Under the pieces are notes generated by a model. It made no database searches. It saw only the letters and a program-made list of their open reading frames with translations, and was not told the DNA's origin. Of a stretch of DNA of 51,839 nt, positions 44,117-51,839 are shown one piece after another. Source of the stretch: an uncultured Halobacteriales archaeon (GTDB lineage: Archaea; Thermoplasmatota; E2; JACPAO01). A program made the position numbers and the translations under genes. The stretch is from assembly GCA_964451065.1 (NCBI GenBank), contig CAYVGY010000001.1, positions 1 to 51,839 on the forward strand, in the 5' to 3' direction. The stretch's first letter is position 1; each line of letters starts with the position of its first letter.

Positions 44117-45736
44117 TTGGCCAAAAAAGAGCTGGTGGAGCGATTGCGGGTCATCCTTGTCGTTTTGTTCTTCCTCGCGGGCGTCTTCACGCTGGCGCCC
44201 GAGGCGTCCGCCAAAGAGACCACCATCGTGATCCTCCACGATGTGCCGGACGACGGCTACACTTACGTGGGCAACCCCGTCCACTTCGGGTACGTCATCC
44301 TCACCGATGGCCAGACGTCGCGCCACCAGGACGGGTACATTCGCGTCACGCAGAACAACGTCACCCTGTACGAGACGAACGCGAAGGCCAGCCATGACTA
44401 CAACGGCCTCAACACGTTCGTCGTCGCCTTCCCCGCCGTCGGCCCCTACGAGGTCTACGCGGAGATTCCCGACGGCGGCCCCGTCCCAACGAGGGCCAAC
44501 TTCACGGGCTTTGTGATGCCCAACAACAACACTAGGATGCTCCATCTCGATGTCGACTCCAGCCTTAGCCAAGGCGTCGGCTCCTTCACCATCGCGCTCA
44601 ACGACCACACCGGCGCCCTCCTCAACCACTCCGACGCCCTCTTCGAGGTGCGCCGGCCGGGCGACGACTGGCTCCTCTTCCGTACCCATCTCCACACGCA
44701 CACGGAGCCGATGGCGCTCTCCTACCGGTTCCAGGAACCCGGCGAATACCTCATCCGGGTCGTCGGCTACAACGCGTTCCCCACGCCCGACGGCGACCAC
44801 TACGCGCCTGCCGCCACGACGCTCACGGTCGACGTGCCCGCCGCGGCCCCGGACGCCGGCGCATCCAGCGTGAGCCTTCCAGCACCCAAAGGAACGAACC
44901 CCTTCACCCTGCTCACCGCCATCGACCCGCAACGTACCGCCCAGCCCGGCAGCCGGTTCATCCCCAGCGTCCTCGTGCAAGATCCAACGACGGGCGCCTT
45001 CGTCCCCCACGTCAACTTTGAAGCGCTCTTGACCGACGCCGCGGGCCGGCTCCTCTTCCATTCTGCTTCGCTCCACGAGTACGACGGCCACTTCGACCTC
45101 GTGTACGAGACCACGCTCCCTGGCACGTACTTGCTCCAAGTGAACGTCGAACGCGGCGACTGGATCGCCCGCTCCGAGATTCCGTTCATCGTGGCGGAAG
45201 CCGTCCCCCACGACGACCGCGTGCCGGTCGGGCCCGAGCCCGGCGGTACGCCGCTCCTCACCTCCGCAGGCGCCGTCGTCGTGACGGCCGAAGGCCTCAC
45301 GGGCCTCAAGAGCGGCCTGGCCAGCCACCTTACGTTCCACGCCCGGAACGTGGCCGGCGTGGCCGCCCAACACACGGAGATCGATTACCAGGTCCTGCGC
45401 ACCGAGTGGGGGGCCCCCGTCCTGCAGAACAAGATCCATACGCACGGCACGGGCGACTTCGAGGTGGAAGTGAACTTCCCTGACCCCGGCGAATACGTCC
45501 TCGTGCTGGACCCTGTGACCATCCACGGCGAACCGGTGAAGGACTTCTACTTCGGCGAAGTCGGCGGAAGCCTCGTCGTGCCACTCACGGTTGGCATGGG
45601 CGCGGTCTTCCCGAGCTTCCAGCCGCCCGAGATCGACGCGCCGGCTGAACCCGCGGAGGTCCTGCCGGGCTTCGAGCCCTTCGTGGCGCTACTGGCCGCG
45701 TTTGGAGTCCTCGTGATCGCGCGTCGCCGCGCCTAG
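44117..45736 (+). CDS. Surface protein with signal peptide, four His-rich beta-sandwich-like repeats and a PGF-CTERM-like sorting signal
   Basis: Signal peptide LVVLFFLAGVFTLAPEASA. Four repeats end in P(G/V)xY...V: PAVGPYEVYAEI; THLHTHTE...EPGEYLIRVVG; LHEYDGHFD...LPGTYLLQVNV; IHTHGTGDFEVEVNFPDPGEYVLVLDP. The C-terminus is LPGFEPFVALLAAFGVLVIARRRA. Confidence 0.7.
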   Translation: MAKKELVERLRVILVVLFFLAGVFTLAPEASAKETTIVILHDVPDDGYTYVGNPVHFGYVILTDGQTSRHQDGYIRVTQNNVTLYETNAKASHDYNGLNTFVVAFPAVGPYEVYAEIPDGGPVPTRANFTGFVMPNNNTRMLHLDVDSSLSQGVGSFTIALNDHTGALLNHSDALFEVRRPGDDWLLFRTHLHTHTEPMALSYRFQEPGEYLIRVVGYNAFPTPDGDHYAPAATTLTVDVPAAAPDAGASSVSLPAPKGTNPFTLLTAIDPQRTAQPGSRFIPSVLVQDPTTGAFVPHVNFEALLTDAAGRLLFHSASLHEYDGHFDLVYETTLPGTYLLQVNVERGDWIARSEIPFIVAEAVPHDDRVPVGPEPGGTPLLTSAGAVVVTAEGLTGLKSGLASHLTFHARNVAGVAAQHTEIDYQVLRTEWGAPVLQNKIHTHGTGDFEVEVNFPDPGEYVLVLDPVTIHGEPVKDFYFGEVGGSLVVPLTVGMGAVFPSFQPPEIDAPAEPAEVLPGFEPFVALLAAFGVLVIARRRA

Positions 45737-46749
45737 GCGCTAGGGGCCAGAGAGGCGTCCTTGCGGCGGCGTCGCGTCCCACCTTCGCGTGCCTCCAAGA
45801 TGGCGCGACGCGCAAAGACCCGGCTCATCTTCTTACGGTAGCTAGGAGATAGGCTCGTGTTCTTGACCGGCCGCACGTTCTGTTCGACGCCAGTCGCGAT
45901 GTCGTCGATTGCCCGGTCGGTCAACGCTTTGCCGATGTTCTGTTCTCCCAGGTGGTCGAGGACTTTGGGCGCCATCTCCAAGGCGTTGGCCACCAGATGG
46001 AATTCTTCCAGTCGTCCGTCGCGGAGACGCAGGGCGACCGCGATGCCCAGTTCGGGGAAATCCCAGGAATCACGCAGCCGCAGCTTGTGGTAGCTTGCCG
46101 AGAGTCCAGAAGCGCTCGTCGGGAGGTGGACGAAGGTGAGGAGCTCGTCGGGGCGGCGGCCGTGGCGGTCGATGCCGTCGTTGTGGTAGAAGTTGGCGGC
46201 GGGAACGCGTCGGGTGCCCTTGGGTGAAGCCAGCTCGAACTCCGCGCCGAGCGCGATGAGCGGGGCCGGAAGGTCGGCGCTAAACGTGGCGTAGCATTTC
46301 GATTCTTGCGGCACGACGTGGCATGCTTTTCCGTCGGCCTTGAGGCAGAAATCGATGCTTTCGCGCCACACGTGGGATTGGTTGAAGAAGGAGCAACGGT
46401 TTTCGAGGAGGAGGTTGCCGCCCAAGGTTCCGCTTTGGCGGATGAGCGGGCTCGCGATGAGGGCGGCCGTGTGGGGGACCACGGGGACCGTGGACCAGAG
46501 AGCCGCGTCCTCGCTGATCTGTCGAAGGGTGGCCAGCGCCCCGAGCCGGGTGGGCGACACGCGCCGCAGTTCTTCCACGCGGTGGAGGCTGATGACGTGG
46601 GGCTTCGTGTTCAGCATCCACTTGTAGTTCGGGAGTAGGTCGGTGCCGCCGGCCACCCAATCGCTCTCGGGGTGCCGTCGACGCGCCTCGACGGCCTCCT
46701 CAATCGTGGAAGGCTCGTGGAGCTCGAAGGGGGGCAGGAGCATGCTCAT
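45733..46749 (-). CDS. Mo-hydroxylase FAD-binding (medium) subunit with a 4-Cys insertion
   Basis: WVAGGTDLL and SGTLGGNL are the FAD_binding_5 pattern. The insertion is C119-x15-C135-x7-C143-x8-C152 (46294-46395). The ATG overlaps the large-subunit stop. Confidence 0.85.
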   Translation of the reverse strand: MSMLLPPFELHEPSTIEEAVEARRRHPESDWVAGGTDLLPNYKWMLNTKPHVISLHRVEELRRVSPTRLGALATLRQISEDAALWSTVPVVPHTAALIASPLIRQSGTLGGNLLLENRCSFFNQSHVWRESIDFCLKADGKACHVVPQESKCYATFSADLPAPLIALGAEFELASPKGTRRVPAANFYHNDGIDRHGRRPDELLTFVHLPTSASGLSASYHKLRLRDSWDFPELGIAVALRLRDGRLEEFHLVANALEMAPKVLDHLGEQNIGKALTDRAIDDIATGVEQNVRPVKNTSLSPSYRKKMSRVFARRAILEAREGGTRRRRKDASLAPSA

Positions 46750-49229
46750 CGGGCGCCGCCCCCCGCCGTGGCCTTGACGAGCGGCTTGGCGCTCGGGTGC
46801 GGCGGCTTGTTCCAGCCGCCTTGGCGCTGCATGGCGTCGAAGAGTCGGTCGGGCGTGATGGGCAGCTCCTGCATGCGGACGCCCACGGCGTCATGGATGG
46901 CGTTGACCACGGCGGGCAGGATGGGAAGCAAGGGACCCTCGCCGGCTTCCTTGGCTCCGAAGGGGCCCTCGGCGTCGTTGGACTCGATGAGGAACGTCTC
47001 CACCTCCGGCATTTCGAGGCTTGTGGGGATCTTGTAATCGAGGAAGTTCGGGTTGCGGAGGTTCGGGCCACGGTATTCGAGCGTTTCCGAGTAGACCTGG
47101 CCGAGGCCCATGTGGACGCTGCCTTCGATTTGTCCTTCGACGGCGAGACGGTTGAGGACCTTGCCGCAGTCGTGGGCGGCCCAGACCTTCGTGCACCGCC
47201 ACTGCGCGGTGTCGAGGTCCACCTCGACCTGGGCGACGTAGGCGTTCATCGAGTAGGCCGGGGCGGTGCCGGCGGCCGCGCCCTTGAACGCGCCCCCGAT
47301 CTTCTGTTCCCGGAAGGCGCCGCGCGCCAGGAGGGCCCCTTTTCCGGCCATGGCCTTGCGGACGGCGTCGAGGAAGCTCACGCGTTGTTTGGGGTTGCTG
47401 GAGTTCACGAGGTGGTCGTCCTGGCAGACGAACAGTTCGGCCGGGGCGCCGGTCGCTTCGGCGGCGGCCTGCTGGAGTTCCTTGCGGATGCGCTCGGCGG
47501 CCTCGCGGGCCGCGTGGCCCATCATGTAGGTGACGCGGCTCGAATAGCTGCCCAGGTCGATGGGGGCCGTGTCGGTGTTGTCGCTGTAGACGCGGACGCG
47601 GTCGAGGGGGATGCCGAGGACTTCGGCCACGACGATGGCGGCGACGGTGTCGCTGCCTTGGCCGATCTCGGCGGCGCCCGTGTGGACGGTGACGCCGCCG
47701 TCCATGTCGATCTTGATGTGGACGGTGCTCTGGGGCATGCCGGGGACGTCCCAGTGGATGGGCTTGTTGCTGCCGCTGATGTACATGCCGCAGCCGAGGC
47801 CGAGGCCTTGCCCGAGGGGGAGCCTGCGCCAGCGTTGGTCCCATTGCGAGGCGTTGCGGACCGCGGCCATGCATTCGGGCAGGCCCATGGACGTGATGCG
47901 GAAGTCGTTGATCGTGTGGCTGTAGGGTGGCATAAGGTTCTTCGTGCGCAGGTCGAACGGGTCGACGCCGAGCTGCTGCGCGGCCTCGTCGAGGAGGACT
48001 TCGAGGCTACACCGGCTGTTGACCGCGCCGTGGCCCCGCATCGCGCCGGAGGGGACGTGGTTGGTGTAGACGCGGCGGCCCCGGTACCGGAAGGCGGGGA
48101 CCTTGTAGGGGCCCACGCTCAAGACGCCGTTGTAGTACGTGGAGATGATGCCGAAGCTCGCGAAGGCGCCGCCGTCGATGACCGCCTGGATGTCGAGGCC
48201 CCGGAGGGTCCCGTCCGTGTCGAAGGCGAGGGCGAACTCGTTCTCGGTTGGGTGCCGGCCGCGGCCGGAGTAGAAGGATTCCTCGCGGTCGAAGAGGAGC
48301 TTCACGGGTCGGCGCGTCTTCATGGCAAGGAGCGCGGCGGCCATCTCGTGGGCGAAGGGGTCCGATTTGCCGCCGAAGCCGCCACCGACCTGGGGTCGGA
48401 TGACCTGGATCCGGTGCATGGGTAGGCCGGTGACCTCCGCCAGGGCGCGGTGGACGTAGTGGGGCACCTGGGTGGCGCTCCAGAGGACGAGGCGGTCCTT
48501 GGCGGTGAAATGGGCGATGACGGCGTGCGGTTCGGTGAAGGCGTGCGTGACGCCTTGGAATTTCCAGTTGCGGACGAGGGCGTGATCGGCGGACTTGAAG
48601 GCGTGGTCGACGTCGCCGAATTCCTGATCCACGTGCTTTTGGACGTTGGAGTCGTCGATGCCGATGTCGGGGTGGATCTTTTCGGCCACCGGTTGGAGGC
48701 CGTCCATGAGTTTGAGGTAGGAGGGGAGGTCCTCGTAGTCGACGCGGATGCGACGGACCGCTTCCTTGGCGGTCCATTCGTCCTCGGCGGCCACGATGGC
48801 GACGAGGTCGCCGATGTAGCGGACCTTCTCGGCGGCCAGGGGCTCCTCGTCTTTCGTGAGGGGGAGGACGCCGAAGCGGTGGTTGGGTCCGATGTCGAGG
48901 CCCGTGAGGATCTCGACGAGGCCGGGTAGTTTGCGGGCTTCGGTGGTGTCGATGGCGCGGATGCGGGCGTGGGGTCGGGTGGAGTGGAGGAGTTTGGCGT
49001 GGAGCATGTGGGGGAGTTGGATGTCGTCGGTGTAGACGGCTTGGCCGCTCACCTTGAGGGGGCCGTCGATGAGTGGGATGGATTTGCCCAGGAGCTTGTA
49101 GCCCTCGGGCGGCTTGTTGGGGTGTTCGCCGGGCGGGAGCGGTTTCCGGTACGGTCTCCATTTGGCGGCGGGGTCCACGTCCTTCTCGACCACGGCCTTG
49201 GAGGGGTCGGGGATGGGGGGGAGCTTCAC
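46746..49229 (-). CDS. Mo-hydroxylase molybdopterin-binding (large) subunit, xanthine dehydrogenase family
   Basis: GKSIPLIDGPLKVSGQAVYTDD, QVGGGFGGK, GAMRGHG, GAAEIGQG and FGAKEAGEG. GTG 49229 overlaps the small-subunit stop (GTGA). No CODH-type VAYRCSFR motif was seen. Confidence 0.9.
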   Translation of the reverse strand: MKLPPIPDPSKAVVEKDVDPAAKWRPYRKPLPPGEHPNKPPEGYKLLGKSIPLIDGPLKVSGQAVYTDDIQLPHMLHAKLLHSTRPHARIRAIDTTEARKLPGLVEILTGLDIGPNHRFGVLPLTKDEEPLAAEKVRYIGDLVAIVAAEDEWTAKEAVRRIRVDYEDLPSYLKLMDGLQPVAEKIHPDIGIDDSNVQKHVDQEFGDVDHAFKSADHALVRNWKFQGVTHAFTEPHAVIAHFTAKDRLVLWSATQVPHYVHRALAEVTGLPMHRIQVIRPQVGGGFGGKSDPFAHEMAAALLAMKTRRPVKLLFDREESFYSGRGRHPTENEFALAFDTDGTLRGLDIQAVIDGGAFASFGIISTYYNGVLSVGPYKVPAFRYRGRRVYTNHVPSGAMRGHGAVNSRCSLEVLLDEAAQQLGVDPFDLRTKNLMPPYSHTINDFRITSMGLPECMAAVRNASQWDQRWRRLPLGQGLGLGCGMYISGSNKPIHWDVPGMPQSTVHIKIDMDGGVTVHTGAAEIGQGSDTVAAIVVAEVLGIPLDRVRVYSDNTDTAPIDLGSYSSRVTYMMGHAAREAAERIRKELQQAAAEATGAPAELFVCQDDHLVNSSNPKQRVSFLDAVRKAMAGKGALLARGAFREQKIGGAFKGAAAGTAPAYSMNAYVAQVEVDLDTAQWRCTKVWAAHDCGKVLNRLAVEGQIEGSVHMGLGQVYSETLEYRGPNLRNPNFLDYKIPTSLEMPEVETFLIESNDAEGPFGAKEAGEGPLLPILPAVVNAIHDAVGVRMQELPITPDRLFDAMQRQGGWNKPPHPSAKPLVKATAGGGAR

Positions 49230-49768
49230 GCGGGTTTCCTCCCGGGCTTCGAGACGGTCTTCTTGGGCGTCAAGAGTTCGGTCTCGGCGCGCCCGGGCGC
49301 GAGTTCGTCTGCGGCCTTCTGGACCGCCTTGAAGATCTTCACGTACCCGGTGCAGCGGCAGAGGTTGCCGCTGAGGGCCTGGCGAATCTGCGGCAACGTT
49401 GGCCGTGGCGTGTGGTCGAGGAGGGCCTTGGTGGACATGATGAAGCCGGGCGTGCAGAAGCCGCACTGGCTGCCGCCGAGTTCGGAGTAGGCCTTCTGGA
49501 CGGGGTGGAGGTGGCTGGGGGTGCCGAGGGCTTCGATGGTCGTGACGTTGTGGCCCGCGGCTTGGGCGGCCAGCGTGAGGCAGCTGAGTTGGGCTTGGCC
49601 GTCGATGATGACGGTGCAGCAGCCGCAGGTGCCCATGTCGCAGCCGCGTTTGGTGCCGGTGAGGTGCAGCTTGTCGCGGAGGACGTCGAGCAGGATGGCC
49701 TGGGGTTCGGCGGCGACGTCGCGGTCGGTGCCGTTCACGTTGAGGTGCAGGATGCGAGTGCGTGTCAC
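49226..49768 (-). CDS. Mo-hydroxylase [2Fe-2S] (small) subunit
   Basis: GCDMGTCGCCTV and QCGFCTPG...LCRCTGY carry the two 2Fe-2S motifs. GTG 49768 overlaps the xdhC stop. Confidence 0.9.
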   Translation of the reverse strand: MTRTRILHLNVNGTDRDVAAEPQAILLDVLRDKLHLTGTKRGCDMGTCGCCTVIIDGQAQLSCLTLAAQAAGHNVTTIEALGTPSHLHPVQKAYSELGGSQCGFCTPGFIMSTKALLDHTPRPTLPQIRQALSGNLCRCTGYVKIFKAVQKAADELAPGRAETELLTPKKTVSKPGRKPA

Positions 49769-50574
49769 GCGGGGGCGACCTCCAAGCGCTCCGCGGGCGA
49801 GTGTTTCAGGGTGGATATGACTTCCGCCGCGATGGCGACCGCGATCTCTTCGGGGGACTCCGCGCCGATGGAGGCGCCGATGGGGCACACGACGCGTTCG
49901 AGGCGCGCGGTCGGGACGCCGCGGACGGCCGCTTCGCGGAGCATCTGGAGCCGTTTGGCCTGGCTGCCGATGACGCCCACGAAGCCGTCGAAGCGGGGGA
50001 GGAGGGCGGCGAGGATGTCGGTGTCGACCTGCCAGCTGTGGCCGAGGACGTAGGCGTGCGTGTAGAGCGCGAGGTCCGCGTCCCGAACCCACGCGGCGGG
50101 ATCCGCAGGCGCGGCCCGTTCCTGGGCGTTCGGGAAACGGTCGGCGTCGGCGTATTCGGGGCGCGGGTCGACGAGCGTGACGTCCCAGTCGAGCGTGGCC
50201 GCGACGTCGGCCAAGGCCTTGCCGCAGTGGCCACCGCCGAAGACGAGGAGATGCGGCAGCGGGCGGTGGACCAGCACGGAAACGTCCACGCTCCCGCCGC
50301 AGAGGGAATTGAGGCCGCCCGGTTTCCATTTCGCGAGGTCGAAATGGTGGAGGCCGCCTTTGCGGTCACGGAGGGCCGCCAACGCCAACCCTTTGACGCG
50401 CTCCTCGAGGCCTGCACCGCCCACGGTCCCTCGGCTCTTGCCGTCGGGCGTGACGATCATGGTGGCGCCGAGGCGGCCGGGGACGCTGCCGTCCGCGTTG
50501 ACGACGGTGCAGACGGCGAACGGGTGGCGGCGGTCGGCCAGGGTGAGCATTTCGCGCCAGAGGATGCGGGACAC
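49765..50574 (-). CDS. xdhC: XdhC/CoxI-family Mo-cofactor insertion accessory protein
   Basis: FAVCTVVNADGSVPGRLGATMIV...GTVGGAGLE and the Rossmann-like LLVFGGGHCG match the XdhC pattern. Confidence 0.85.
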   Translation of the reverse strand: MSRILWREMLTLADRRHPFAVCTVVNADGSVPGRLGATMIVTPDGKSRGTVGGAGLEERVKGLALAALRDRKGGLHHFDLAKWKPGGLNSLCGGSVDVSVLVHRPLPHLLVFGGGHCGKALADVAATLDWDVTLVDPRPEYADADRFPNAQERAAPADPAAWVRDADLALYTHAYVLGHSWQVDTDILAALLPRFDGFVGVIGSQAKRLQMLREAAVRGVPTARLERVVCPIGASIGAESPEEIAVAIAAEVISTLKHSPAERLEVAPA

Positions 50575-50633
50575 GGTTGCCTCGGAGAAGCGTTCCTAAG
50601 CGGTCGGGGCCAAAAGAGTTTGCCGGCGTTCCG

Positions 50634-51197
50634 TTAGGTCGGCAAGTCTGCGCGGGTGTCCAAATTAAGGAGGACGCCCTCGTCCTGCACGTGGACCTCC
50701 ACGACGCGACGGGGGTCGGCGTGAAGGAGGTTGTGGAGCGGCTCGTCGTCCCTGAGCGCCAGGATTCCTCGGGCGGCGTCGGTCGCGAAGACGGTGGGAT
50801 GGCCGCGTTTGCCTTCGTGCACGGGCACGCGGATTTCACCTTGAGCCGCAAGTAGGCGCTTGAGGGTGGAGGCGGTCACCAGTGGGTGATCCACGGGCCA
50901 GACGAGGATCGGGCATGGTTCGAGGAGTCCCCTGATCCCCGCTTTGAGGCTGGCGGTGCGGCCACGCCTCCAATCCGCAAAACGGACGGCCTGGGCGTCG
51001 GCGGGAACGGCGAAGAAAGTCTTTTCCATGTCGGCGCCAAGGACGACGATGACGGGGTCGGCGCCGGCGGAGCGGGCGGTGCGCGCCACGAGGGTAAGGG
51101 CGGGGACGCCGCGGATTGGGGTGAGGGCCTTGGGATGGCCCATGCGGGTGGAGGCGCCGGCGGCCAGGATGATGGCAGCGGTCACGTGGGTCTGCAT
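50634..51197 (-). CDS. mocA: MobA/MocA-like molybdenum cofactor nucleotidyltransferase
   Basis: AAIILAAGASTRMG.PKAL...DHPLV and its position upstream of xdhC and the Mo-enzyme genes. Confidence 0.8.
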   Translation of the reverse strand: MQTHVTAAIILAAGASTRMGHPKALTPIRGVPALTLVARTARSAGADPVIVVLGADMEKTFFAVPADAQAVRFADWRRGRTASLKAGIRGLLEPCPILVWPVDHPLVTASTLKRLLAAQGEIRVPVHEGKRGHPTVFATDAARGILALRDDEPLHNLLHADPRRVVEVHVQDEGVLLNLDTRADLPT

Positions 51198-51228
51198 GGG
51201 TCGGGCGCGACAAAAAGCGTTCGGAGGT

Positions 51229-51839
51229 TCACTTGTACACGGCGCGGAACGTGAACCGCGTGACGAGGACGCCGACCACGGCGAAGGCGGCGATGACGGC
51301 GAACGCCACGCCGATCTCGCCCCAGTCGTAGGCGGACTCGAACATCAGAGTGTGCATGGGGCGAACGACGTACTCGGCCGGGTTGGCGTCGATGATGGCG
51401 CTCACGGTGTCGTTCTTGATGTTGCTCTTGGGCATGAAGGCCGTCGTGAGGAAGATGAGGATGAAGAAGATGGGGAAGATGGCTTGGGTGGCCTGTTGGT
51501 CCTTGGTCTTGATGGCGACGTTGACGACAAGGACGCCGACGCTGAAGATGGAGAACAAGGTGCCGAGGAGGAGGATGAGGAAGAAGCCGGCGACGCCGGT
51601 GGCGACGCGGGCGCTCAGCGCGATCCCGACGCCGAAGACGACGGCGGCAGTGACGTAGACGCGCACCGCGTCGCTGAAGAGTCGGCCCATGAGGATGGAC
51701 CACATGCTCACGGGGGCGAGGAGGATCTTGAGGAAGTAGCGGTTCTGGAAGTCTTGGACGAGGGCGACGCCGGCGTTGGCGATGCCGATCACGGTCGTGA
51801 AGAACACGACGCCCGGGGTGAGGTAGGTGTAGTAGTTGT
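51229..51839 (-). CDS. ABC-2 type transporter permease (partial; N-terminus beyond right edge)
   Basis: Multi-TM. ...FQNRYFLKILLAPVSMWSILMGRL...IFPIFFILIFLTTAFMP...ANPAEY is ABC-2 permease-like. The frame stays open to the window end. Confidence 0.7.
   Translation of the reverse strand, partial: NYYTYLTPGVVFFTTVIGIANAGVALVQDFQNRYFLKILLAPVSMWSILMGRLFSDAVRVYVTAAVVFGVGIALSARVATGVAGFFLILLLGTLFSIFSVGVLVVNVAIKTKDQQATQAIFPIFFILIFLTTAFMPKSNIKNDTVSAIIDANPAEYVVRPMHTLMFESAYDWGEIGVAFAVIAAFAVVGVLVTRFTFRAVYK

Noticed and set aside
44060-45526. Upstream part of track ORF 43721-45526
   Set aside because: This part is antisense to the PGF-CTERM surface protein. The coding part starts at ATG 44059.
46797-48425. 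542-aa plus-strand ORF, plus other out-of-frame ORFs across 46.7-50.6 kb
   Set aside because: They are antisense or out of frame to the Mo-hydroxylase subunits, whose motifs (GGGFGGK, 2Fe-2S Cys clusters) identify the real frames.
1-51839. CRISPR arrays, rRNA genes, intact IS elements or integrases
   Set aside because: Visual scanning found no regularly spaced short repeats, no rRNA-like conserved stretches, and no DDE, tyrosine or serine recombinase motifs in any plausible frame. This cannot fully exclude small or degenerate elements without computation.

Overview
High-GC (by eye mid-60s %) archaeal chromosomal window. Archaeal markers are tRNA-splicing endonuclease EndA, diphthine synthase, a GPN-loop GTPase, a tRNA-Gln with an A1:U72 acceptor pair, a PGF-CTERM-like sorting signal, and TATA-like boxes about 25-30 nt upstream of start codons, which suggests mostly leaderless mRNAs. 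No CRISPR array, rRNA or intact transposase/integrase was seen. Most of the window is housekeeping: purS-purL-purQ, purD, pyrE, tmk, proC, endA, alaX, trm5, dph5, a MaeB-type malic enzyme, an acyl-CoA dehydrogenase and an SDR. There is also a complete Mo-hydroxylase operon (mocA, xdhC, then small, large and FAD subunits). At least 10 genes encode predicted secreted or surface proteins. Accessory content: an AbiEi/AbiEii module in a lower-GC islet next to tRNA-Glu, bounded by a 15-bp repeat of the tRNA 3' end. A roughly 950-bp lower-GC islet sits next to tRNA-Thr, bounded by perfect 51-bp repeats of the tRNA 3' part. There is a VapBC pair. A small cassette flanked by two copies of a 22-bp palindrome overlaps the 3' end of tmk. 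The most interesting candidates are: (1) two tandem paralogous genes with a large ectodomain fused to a 4-helix membrane module carrying two conserved His pairs at i/i+14, a di-haem cytochrome-b-like signature; (2) a HerA-type ATPase fused through a Pro-rich linker to an endonuclease-III-like C-X6-C-X2-C-X5-C iron-sulfur loop; (3) an FAD subunit with a C-X15-C-X7-C-X8-C insertion and small-large-medium gene order, as in 4-hydroxybenzoyl-CoA reductase. All functional calls come from reading motifs in the translations; no database search was possible.
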